Positions 52,211 to 60,295 of a stretch of 64,000 bases of DNA are shown one piece after another. Location: assembly GCA_023391185.1 (NCBI GenBank), contig JAEWBI010000020.1, positions 5,592 through 69,591 of the forward strand, in the 5' to 3' direction. The translations under genes and the position numbers were made by a program. The notes under the pieces are model-generated. The model did no database searches. It was not told the origin of the DNA and worked only from the letters and a program-made list of their open reading frames with translations. The stretch comes from Bacillota bacterium (lineage in GTDB: Bacteria; Bacillota_I; Bacilli_A; RF39; UBA660). Positions within the stretch are counted from its first letter, which is position 1, and the number at the start of each line of letters is the position of its first letter.

Positions 52211-53470
52211 TTAATCTGCTGGTGTATAATCTGAACTTTCACCTTCAAGTCCAGCTGGACCATCATAATTAATATCTTCATCAGTAAATCTTTCTTTAGT
52301 GAATCCGAAATTAACTGATATTTTTTTACCAATTGAAGCAAAATCATAATTATCTATGTCTTGACCTTCAATATAAACATAAATTCTTACTTTAGTAATA
52401 CTGTTTGGTGCAAGTGTCATAAATGTTTGTCTATTTGTTCCTGTGTCTTTTTTCATTGTATCAGTAAAATAAGGAAATTTCATTAACTTAGTAGTAGCAG
52501 CGTAAGTATTATACTCAATACCATCATAAATATCTACATTGTCAGAAGAAGATATTGGTTCTTTAACTGCGTATGTTGGATAAGCAACAGTACTTAATAA
52601 TGTATTGCAAGGACCACTATATGAACCAGATAAAGTTACATCTGCCCCTGTTCTTGCTCTACAAGAATTTGTGTACCAACTAAGTGCATTATTTTCGTGT
52701 TTAGTATCATTTGGTTCCCAAATTTGTGCATCTCTACAAATTCCTGTTGTAATTAAGTTTTCATCTTCATCAGTTGTATTATTACATGAAATTCCTCCAA
52801 TAATAGAAGTACTTGTTTCTGTACCAATAACACGACCTACTTGAGCAAAAGCTACTCTTACAGAATTTTCAATGCCTGTATTTTCTACACCAGTAGACGC
52901 TACTGAAACAGCTGAATTTCTTGTTAAATAAATTGCTTCTTCATCTGCTGGATTTAAAGTTGGTATATACTGTGTCCCTGAATAGTTTTTAATGAATAAA
53001 TCAAAAGCTACATATCCTTCAACTTCAGGAGCACCAGGTGTGACATTGTTTGCCATCCTGCTTGCCATAATTCTATATCCCCCACTAGTTGTAGTAAAGC
53101 TGGCTTTTTCATATAAAACCATTCTTGAATTAGCCTCATCCATCTCACCTATTGATGATACTGGTATAAGACCTGCCCCACCCCAACTATTAGTATTGTT
53201 AGCGTATGAAGCTGATTTATAATTACTTTGCGTAATAGTAACACTTTCACTCCAAGCTTGTCCATCTAATGATAATGACAAACTATCTGCTGCTTTTATT
53301 TCAACATCAAAATTTGAAACATTAACAGTTCTCATACCTACAAACCACGCATATGTTGACATTAAAAGTGCTATTCCAGATAATGAAAGCATCATCACAA
53401 TAATTCTAACACGTTTAATATGGCTATTTTGTTTGTTAAACATAAAACATTTCCTTCTTTCCTGAGACAT
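52211..53470 (-). CDS. Secreted paralog C of the STYAWF SipW-cognate-signal family.
   Basis: A 419-aa protein with MSTYAWFVGMRTVNVSNFDVEI, ENSVRVAFAQVGRV, ICRDAQIWEPNDTKH and VRIYVYIEGQDIDNYDFASIGKKISVNFGFTKERF. Confidence 0.6.
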   Translation of the reverse strand: MSQERRKCFMFNKQNSHIKRVRIIVMMLSLSGIALLMSTYAWFVGMRTVNVSNFDVEIKAADSLSLSLDGQAWSESVTITQSNYKSASYANNTNSWGGAGLIPVSSIGEMDEANSRMVLYEKASFTTTSGGYRIMASRMANNVTPGAPEVEGYVAFDLFIKNYSGTQYIPTLNPADEEAIYLTRNSAVSVASTGVENTGIENSVRVAFAQVGRVIGTETSTSIIGGISCNNTTDEDENLITTGICRDAQIWEPNDTKHENNALSWYTNSCRARTGADVTLSGSYSGPCNTLLSTVAYPTYAVKEPISSSDNVDIYDGIEYNTYAATTKLMKFPYFTDTMKKDTGTNRQTFMTLAPNSITKVRIYVYIEGQDIDNYDFASIGKKISVNFGFTKERFTDEDINYDGPAGLEGESSDYTPAD

Positions 53471-53524
53471 TAAAAGAATGCAAGACTATAGTAAATTTAC
53501 TTTTACTATGCTACTTTAATATAC

Positions 53525-53560
53525 AATAATATTGTAACATATTGTAGAAATAAGTCAATA
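53525..53560 (-). promoter_or_regulatory. SigmaA-type promoter (TTGACT-N17-TGtTACAAT) for paralog C.
   Basis: The reverse complement of 53531-53559 is ttgacttatttctacaatatgttacaat. This is paralogous to the promoters at 52075-52110 and 56780-56813. Confidence 0.45.
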
Positions 53561-53590
53561 TAATTACATTTTTTAAACCTAAAATATAAT

Positions 53591-53622
53591 AAAAAAAGTA
53601 ATCACTTAAATGATTACTTTTT
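53591..53622 (-). terminator. Rho-independent terminator after paralog B.
   Basis: Hairpin aagtaatcaCTTAAAtgattactt followed by a T-run on the minus strand. Confidence 0.6.
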
Positions 53623-53647
53623 AGTTTTATTTTGTAATTGACAAAAA

Positions 53648-55267
53648 TTATTCTACTATAATTGTTCTAGTCTTTGTTGCAGTATTTCCAGATGCATCTT
53701 TTACTGTATAAACTTTATAATAAGTTCCTGCTTTATTAGTATTTACTGTTCCTGTTACAATAACACTTCCAGTAACATCGTTAGAAGTTTCAGCATCTAT
53801 TTTGTCACTTGCAGAGAAGCCAGGTTCAACATATGCTTCACCTAATGCTAAATTAACTGTTGAAGATCCTGGTGTTGTACCATCTTCTAAAGTTATAACT
53901 GGTGCAGTTATATCACTACCATTTGGCCCTTCACCTTGATTTAAATTTGGTCCTTCATACTTAATATCATCTTCAGTATATCTTTCTTTAGTGAATCCAA
54001 ATTTAACTGAAATCTTTTTACCAATTGAAGCAAAGTCATAGTTATCTACGTCTTGTCCTTCAATATATACATATACTCTTAATTTAGTAACACTATTTGG
54101 AGCTAATGACATAAATTGTGGACGACTAGTTCCTGTCAATAACTTCTTTGTATCAGTAAAGTAATTATATGAATATAATAAATCTTTACCATCTTGTACA
54201 GGATCTACTAATGTTGCTAAAGAACTAGCAACAGTTCCTGTAAATGTATTATATGCAGCTCCGTCATATACATCTACTGCATCAGCAGAAGTAATAGCTT
54301 TTCTAACTGCATATGTTGGATATGCTATACCATCAATAACTTCATTACATGCAATTGCTTTATCGTATGAAGCAGCTGATGCTGTTGCACCAATTCTCTT
54401 ACGACAAGAAGTACTATACCAACTAATTGCATTAACATTATGGTTTGTATCATTTGGTTCCCAAATTTGAGCAGTTCTACATAATCCAGTAACATCAGTA
54501 TCTGTTGTACAAGTTATTCCTTGAATTAATGAAACTGCTGCAGCTTGACCATCTCCTGCAGTACGTGCTGTTTCAGCTGTTGTACCAATTACACGTCCTA
54601 TTTGAGCAAAACCTACTCTAACAGAGTTTTCAATACCAGTACCATCAACACCACCTGCTGTTGAAACTTTAACAGAAGAATCATTAGTTAAATAAATTGC
54701 TTCTTCATCTGCTTGGTTTTCACCAACTATGTATTGAGTTCCAGAAAAGTTTCTAACAAATAAATCGAATACTACATATCCGTCTTGTTCTGAACTACCT
54801 ACTTCATAGTTTTTAACACGGCTTGCTAAAAGTCTATATCCACCATTTGTAGTAGTCAAACTTGCTTTTTCAAATAACATCATTCTTGATGCATTTGTGT
54901 CCATTTGACCAATTGAAGACATAGGTATTAAACCTTCAGTTGTCCAACTATTAGTATTAGTGGCATATTCTGTTTCTATTTGTTGTAAAGTTGCTTCATC
55001 AAATTTAATAGTTGATCCCCAGTTTTTACCATCAAAAGATAACCATAAACTTTCTGTACCAGCTATCTCAACATCAAAACTTTGAACATTAACAGTTCTC
55101 ATACCAATAAACCATGCGTATGTCGATACTGATAATATAATAGCAGACATCGCAACTACAAATATAAGATTTCTAGTACGTTTTCTACTTCTGATATTTT
55201 GTCTAGGCATATTATTTTCCTCCTTATATATTTGTGTGACTTTTATATATTTATTATTATAAACCAA
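53648..55267 (-). CDS. Secreted paralog B of the STYAWF family, with an extra C-terminal Ig-like (DUF5011-like) domain.
   Basis: A 539-aa protein. The core matches paralogs A, C and D (VSTYAWFIGMRTVNVQSFDVEI...LRVYVYIEGQDVDNYDFASIGKKISVKFGFTKERY). The extra C-terminal ~90 aa (PVITLEDGTT...LALGEAYVEPGFSASD...VTGTVNTNKAGTYYKVYTVKDASGNTATKTRTIIV) has the pattern of bacterial Ig-like DUF5011 domains. Confidence 0.6.
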   Translation of the reverse strand: MVYNNKYIKVTQIYKEENNMPRQNIRSRKRTRNLIFVVAMSAIILSVSTYAWFIGMRTVNVQSFDVEIAGTESLWLSFDGKNWGSTIKFDEATLQQIETEYATNTNSWTTEGLIPMSSIGQMDTNASRMMLFEKASLTTTNGGYRLLASRVKNYEVGSSEQDGYVVFDLFVRNFSGTQYIVGENQADEEAIYLTNDSSVKVSTAGGVDGTGIENSVRVGFAQIGRVIGTTAETARTAGDGQAAAVSLIQGITCTTDTDVTGLCRTAQIWEPNDTNHNVNAISWYSTSCRKRIGATASAASYDKAIACNEVIDGIAYPTYAVRKAITSADAVDVYDGAAYNTFTGTVASSLATLVDPVQDGKDLLYSYNYFTDTKKLLTGTSRPQFMSLAPNSVTKLRVYVYIEGQDVDNYDFASIGKKISVKFGFTKERYTEDDIKYEGPNLNQGEGPNGSDITAPVITLEDGTTPGSSTVNLALGEAYVEPGFSASDKIDAETSNDVTGSVIVTGTVNTNKAGTYYKVYTVKDASGNTATKTRTIIVE

Positions 55268-55313
55268 AAGGTTATACCTCTTGGTTTATAATAAAATTAA
55301 TTTAGTATTTTGA

Positions 55314-56618
55314 TTAATTAGATGGTGTACTTTCACCTTCAAGTTGATCTGGTCCATTATAACCAATATCACCTTTAACAAATCTTTCTTTAGATAATCC
55401 AAATGCAACTGATATTTTTTTACCAATTGAAGCAAAATCATAATTATCTACATCTTGACCTTCAATATATACATACACTCTTATTTTTGTAATACTATTT
55501 GGAGCTAATGTCATAAATGTTGGACGTTCCATTCCTGTTTTAGCTTTCATAGTATCAGTAAAGTATGGATAAGCATATAATGGTTTTCCTGTTAAAGTTG
55601 TAAGATCATTAGCTGTAGTTACAATATCAATATTTGTATTAGCATCATCATTAGAATAACTTTCTACAGTTTGTGTATAACCATTATAACCAACGCCATC
55701 ATAAATATCTACTTTTTCAATAGAATCAATTTTTTTAGTTATGGCATATGTTTTATAAGCATTAGGTTCAGCTACAGATCCACAACTTCCATATGAACCG
55801 TAAGTACCATCTGCATCTGCTCTTGCAGCACATGAAGTGTTATACCAGCTAATTGCAGCTGCTACATGCTTAGTATCATTTGGTTCCCAAATTTGAGCAG
55901 TTCTACAGATTCCTGTTACGCCAGCAGTTACTGTTCCTATTGCACCATTACATGAAATTCCTGTAATTTTAGCAGCATCCATTGATGTACCTTCAACACG
56001 CCCTATTTGTGCGAAAGCAACTCTAACTGAGTTTTCGATACCTGTATCTTTAACTCCACTATCTGCTACTTTTACAACAGAATCTTTAGTTAAGTAGATT
56101 GCTTCTTCATCTTCTTGATTTAATTCTTCAAGATATTGTGTTCCTGAATAATTTCTAACAAATAAATCGAATACTACATAACCATTTACCTCATCAGTAG
56201 GATTAAGATTATAAGCTATTTGACTAGACATAATTCTATAACCACCTGGAGTAGTTGTTAAACTTGCCTTCTCAAACATTTTCATTCTTGAATTTGTAAC
56301 ATCCATTTGTCCAATTGATGAAACTGGAATTAAACCTGTTCCGCCCCAACTATTTGTATTGTTAGTATAGGCATCAGCTTTATAGTTTGATTGATTAATT
56401 TCTAAAGTTTCAACCCATTTTGAGCCGTCTATTGAAAGTAATAAACTATCAGCGGCTTTGATTTGAACATCGAATGTTTCAACATTAACTGTTCGCATAC
56501 CAATAAACCATGCATATGTGGATACTGATAATATGACAGCAGACAATGTGAACATAACAATTAGATTTCTGACACGTTTAGCGTGTGCTTGTTTTTGCCT
56601 TTTTTGCATAAAATACAT
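55314..56618 (-). CDS. Secreted paralog A of the STYAWF SipW-cognate-signal family.
   Basis: A 434-aa protein with VSTYAWFIGMRTVNVETFDVQI, ENSVRVAFAQIGRV, ICRTAQIWEPNDTKH and IRVYVYIEGQDVDNYDFASIGKKISVAFGLSKERF. Confidence 0.6.
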   Translation of the reverse strand: MYFMQKRQKQAHAKRVRNLIVMFTLSAVILSVSTYAWFIGMRTVNVETFDVQIKAADSLLLSIDGSKWVETLEINQSNYKADAYTNNTNSWGGTGLIPVSSIGQMDVTNSRMKMFEKASLTTTPGGYRIMSSQIAYNLNPTDEVNGYVVFDLFVRNYSGTQYLEELNQEDEEAIYLTKDSVVKVADSGVKDTGIENSVRVAFAQIGRVEGTSMDAAKITGISCNGAIGTVTAGVTGICRTAQIWEPNDTKHVAAAISWYNTSCAARADADGTYGSYGSCGSVAEPNAYKTYAITKKIDSIEKVDIYDGVGYNGYTQTVESYSNDDANTNIDIVTTANDLTTLTGKPLYAYPYFTDTMKAKTGMERPTFMTLAPNSITKIRVYVYIEGQDVDNYDFASIGKKISVAFGLSKERFVKGDIGYNGPDQLEGESTPSN

Positions 56619-56779
56619 TTCCCTCTTTCCATTTAAACAATATCACAATAACATATGAAAGCAAGTAGTAATAATAACCCGGGCGTATTTTATTATTAAT
56701 TCTTACTTTTAACTTTCATATACAAACTAAAAGTACTCATATGTTTACATAGATACCTTCTATCTTATCGTAATATACA

Positions 56780-56813
56780 ATAAAATTGTACCATATAATA
56801 AAAAGAAGTCAAT
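56780..56813 (-). promoter_or_regulatory. SigmaA-type promoter (TTGACT-N16-TGgTACAAT) for paralog A (and probably B).
   Basis: The reverse complement of 56785-56812 is ttgacttctttttattatatggtacaat. Confidence 0.45.
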
Positions 56814-57060
56814 AATATTTGAAATTTTTGTGTCTTTTTTTTGAATTTTATCGAACTGTGTCGAAAAAAGACTAGATAGTCTAGTCTTTGTTATTCGTTG
56901 AAATTAAAGGGCAAAAGTTTATTTTTATATTTAAATGACTATATTTTGTGTACAAGTTCCACATAAAAATTATAGAACTTTTTAATATGAATTTTTCGAT
57001 TTATAAATTAGCCATATTTTTATATAATTTATAGCAATACAAAATCATTGAAAATTAATA

Positions 57061-57633
57061 TTAAAGTGCCATATTTCCATTTATAATATCACCAAGATAT
57101 CTAAAATATAATTTGAAAATATTAACTTTATCAACATCTTCAGTAGTTGTAATCGGAACTTCTCTTATGACTTCATCATCTTCATAAACTAGTATTTTTC
57201 CTACTTCATCCCCTATTTTAAGTGGGGCTTTTACATTATACATCTTAACTTTATATGTAGCGTTAGTTTTTTGTTCAAGTTTCTTATTTAAAAATGTAAT
57301 ATCTTCTTTTGGTACAACATCTACATATCTCTTAGTACCTTTATCAACTTCTGTTCTTCCTATAACACTTTCAGTAGAAAGAAGAGTTTCCAGTTCATAC
57401 TGAGAGTAACCATAATCAAGCATTGCAGATACTTCAGCGTTTCTCACAGTAGAATCTGCCTCTCCCATTACAACTGCGATTAAACGCATGTTATTCTTTT
57501 TAGCAGTCGCTGTTAAGCAATAACCAGCTCCTTCAGTAAAACCTGTCTTAAGACCATCAACACCACTATAAAAGCGTACTAGTTTGATTGTATGTGAATA
57601 AAGCATTAATCTTCCTCGTCTTGAATAGTATCA
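57061..57633 (-). pseudogene. dacF: C-terminal fragment (~190 aa) of a PBP5/DacF-like D-alanyl-D-alanine carboxypeptidase (peptidase S11). The N-terminal catalytic half is missing.
   Basis: The fragment SRRGRLMLYSHTIKLVRFYSGVDGLKTGFTEGAGYCLTATAKKNNMRLIAVVMGE aligns with E. coli DacA [46 protein letters not shown] (KTG box present). There is an in-frame stop at 57631-57633. No SxxK or SxN region is found in the ~390 nt upstream in any frame. Confidence 0.75.
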
Positions 57634-58024
57634 ATTAGTAATGATAATAACTCTAATTGATAATCAAGTCATTAGTTCATCTAATATTAACAGGGAGATT
57701 AATCATATTAAGTGAAATGATTGAAACATTCATTACTATTATTATTCATAGACAAAATGTTTGCTTATAATACCCTATTTATAGGCTATTCTAGAAACTA
57801 TTGTTCAAAGCGTATCAAATGTATACTGTAGTGATTAAATAGTCTTATATGGCGATTAAACAAGTTGTTTTATATACTGGGGGGTATCAGAAATATTTAC
57901 TAAGTTATATTATGAAAAAATGGCGATAGCACCTTGCTTAATCGTGTTGCAATAATAATCGAATGATAATCTTAATGTTTCTAATCATAATCACATAAAT
58001 TCAATTAGATAAGGTTGTGATATA

Positions 58025-59461
58025 TTGATAAAAACAGATATTGTTAAAACGGGAATATATATGCGTGTATCTACTGAAGACCAAGCAAAAGATGGTTTCT
58101 CTATTCACGCACAAAGAGAAAAATTAAGTAGTTATGCAAACATTTGTGATTGGGAGATAGCCGACTATTATATTGATGAGGGCATCTCTGCCAAAAATAC
58201 AAAAGATAGACCTGATATAAACAGGTTAATCAATGATGTGAAGAGTGGCAAGGTTAACAATGTACTTGTCTATAAACTAGATAGACTTACACGTTCGGTC
58301 AAAGACCTTATTACTTTGATTGAACTATTTGAACAATATAATTGTACATTTAGTTCTGTAACGGAAAAACTTGAAACAGGTACAGCAACAGGTCGTATGT
58401 TTATAAAAATAATTGGAATCTTTGCCGAATTCGAAAGAGAAAATTTAGCTGAAAGAGTTTCCTTCGGATATGAACAAAAGACTCGTGAAGGAAACTATAC
58501 GAACACTAACGGAGTCAATGGCTTCGACTATATAGTTGGTAAAGGAGATTTAATTGTTAATGAGCAAGAAAAAGAAATAGTTAATAGAATATATGATATG
58601 TACTTAGAAGGCACATCAATGTTAAAGATAGCTAGAACGTTTAACTCTGAACAAATACCTAGTAAACGAGGAGGCTATTGGTCACAGAGTACAATAAAGT
58701 CAATACTTACTAACCCACTCTATATTGGAAAGATAAGATATGGAGTAAATAAGAAAATACAAAATAAAGCTTTTCAAGTAAACGGTGAACAAGAATCATT
58801 AATTGATAAAGATACATTTAAAAGTGTTCAAGAAATGATATTAAAAAGAAAGCATTTTAATTCTAAAAAATATCCTAGTGAAAATGCTTACTTCTCTTCT
58901 GTATTGAGATGCCATAAATGCGGAAGCAGATTTCATCCTAAACAGCAAAAACAAAATGGTAAATACTATATTACCTATTATTGTAATAATAAACAGATAA
59001 ATAAATGCGATTCTAGTGGTATATCTCATACTAAGGTATTAAATGCTTTTGAAGAATATATAAGTAATATTACTCTTGATAAATCAATTGAAATAAAACC
59101 AAATACAGATAATAAGAAACAAGAAGAAAAATTAATCAAGGAATTAGATAATATTGATAAAAAAAGAAAAAGATTACAAATGCTATTTATTGATGAACAA
59201 ATAAACAACTCAGATTATCAAGAGATGATTACTCAATTAGAAAAAGATAGAAATAAGATTAATGAGAGTATTAAAGTTCTTTCTTCAGTACAAGAGAATA
59301 TTGATTATAATGATATTAAAAATATAATTACCAATGTTAAAAAGAATTGGGATTATCTAAACGAAGTAGAAAAAAATATATTTATAAATCAATTTATAAA
59401 GCAAATAAATATAGATATAGTTAATAATCAAGTAATAATAAAAGAAGTACAATTTTGTTAG
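58025..59461 (+). CDS. Large serine recombinase (resolvase/invertase catalytic domain, recombinase domain, zinc ribbon and coiled coil).
   Basis: The N-terminus has the catalytic Ser (GIYMRVSTEDQAKDGFSIHAQREKL). The motif VYKLDRLTRS is present, as is a Cys cluster (LRCHKCGSRF...YYCNNKQINKC). Size is 478 aa. Confidence 0.9.
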   Translation: MIKTDIVKTGIYMRVSTEDQAKDGFSIHAQREKLSSYANICDWEIADYYIDEGISAKNTKDRPDINRLINDVKSGKVNNVLVYKLDRLTRSVKDLITLIELFEQYNCTFSSVTEKLETGTATGRMFIKIIGIFAEFERENLAERVSFGYEQKTREGNYTNTNGVNGFDYIVGKGDLIVNEQEKEIVNRIYDMYLEGTSMLKIARTFNSEQIPSKRGGYWSQSTIKSILTNPLYIGKIRYGVNKKIQNKAFQVNGEQESLIDKDTFKSVQEMILKRKHFNSKKYPSENAYFSSVLRCHKCGSRFHPKQQKQNGKYYITYYCNNKQINKCDSSGISHTKVLNAFEEYISNITLDKSIEIKPNTDNKKQEEKLIKELDNIDKKRKRLQMLFIDEQINNSDYQEMITQLEKDRNKINESIKVLSSVQENIDYNDIKNIITNVKKNWDYLNEVEKNIFINQFIKQINIDIVNNQVIIKEVQFC

Positions 59462-59503
59462 TACTTCTTTTTATTGTTTTAATGATATAATATATATGGT
59501 GAT

Positions 59504-60268
59504 ATGATGACAAATACTTACACAAAAGAAACAAAAAGAGAAATAAAACTTTTTTTAACTCAGCTAAAACAATTAGAAAGAACTTTAATTGATATTATGC
59601 AAGAAGAAAATGTGCATATTATGAACAAGTATGTATCTTACAAAGAATATATAAGAATATATAATGACATAGTAACTATTCTAAAAGAAAAGGAATTAAT
59701 TACAGGTGTTTTTTATACTTATAATGACATTGATTCAATACCATATGCCGCAGATATGCTACCTTTTCAACAAAAAATTTTAATGGAAGGATTATTAATA
59801 AACATTAGATTAACTATATCTTCATTAGAAAGTAATATCGACTTTGTTGATGATGAGATAAACGGTCTAGCAAACTTTATCCAGACTAATCTAAGGGCAA
59901 CTTTTGAAAAAGAACCTGTAGATGAAAAAGAAGTTCAACATCATCTAGAAATCTTATTTCTTGGTAATAATTTAAAGAAAGGAATTGACTTTGAAAGAGA
60001 ATCAGGAAAATTTTCTTTTTCTGGAAAAGAATACATACCAGATTTTATTTTTAAAAAATATAAGATGTGTCTAGAAGTTAAAACTACAAAGAAAAATAGC
60101 AAATCAAAAATTATTGAAGAAATAAATGCAGATATAAATGCCTATAAAAAGAAATATGATACTCTAATGTTCATTATTTATGATTTTTCAAAAATAACAA
60201 ATGAAAATGAATTTAAATCAGATTTAGAATCATCAGGTAATGTAAAAGTTATTATTATTAAACATTAA
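59504..60268 (+). CDS. Hypothetical protein with a C-terminal PD-(D/E)xK nuclease-like motif. Possible defence or abortive-infection protein.
   Basis: A 254-aa protein containing ...YIPDFIFKKYKMCLEVKTTKKN... (D...E-V-K spacing typical of restriction-endonuclease-fold nucleases). Confidence 0.4.
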   Translation: MMTNTYTKETKREIKLFLTQLKQLERTLIDIMQEENVHIMNKYVSYKEYIRIYNDIVTILKEKELITGVFYTYNDIDSIPYAADMLPFQQKILMEGLLINIRLTISSLESNIDFVDDEINGLANFIQTNLRATFEKEPVDEKEVQHHLEILFLGNNLKKGIDFERESGKFSFSGKEYIPDFIFKKYKMCLEVKTTKKNSKSKIIEEINADINAYKKKYDTLMFIIYDFSKITNENEFKSDLESSGNVKVIIIKH

Positions 60269-60295
60269 AAGAGATTATATTTTTAATCTCTTTTA
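60267..60295. terminator. Bidirectional hairpin terminator between convergent genes.
   Basis: aaaagagattaTATTTTtaatctctttt lies between the stop of gene 59504-60268 (+) and the stop of the UvrD-like gene (-). Confidence 0.55.

Noticed and set aside
53637-53665. TTGACA ... TATAAT-like pair on the plus strand at the end of paralog B.
   Set aside because: The spacer is about 13 nt and it points into the body of a minus-strand gene. It is unlikely to be functional.
55281-55311. Hairpin ataaaccaa-N15-ttggtttat between paralogs A and B as a terminator.
   Set aside because: On the minus strand it is followed by an A-rich rather than T-rich tract. It is more likely an attenuator or RNA-stability structure, so it is not listed as a terminator.
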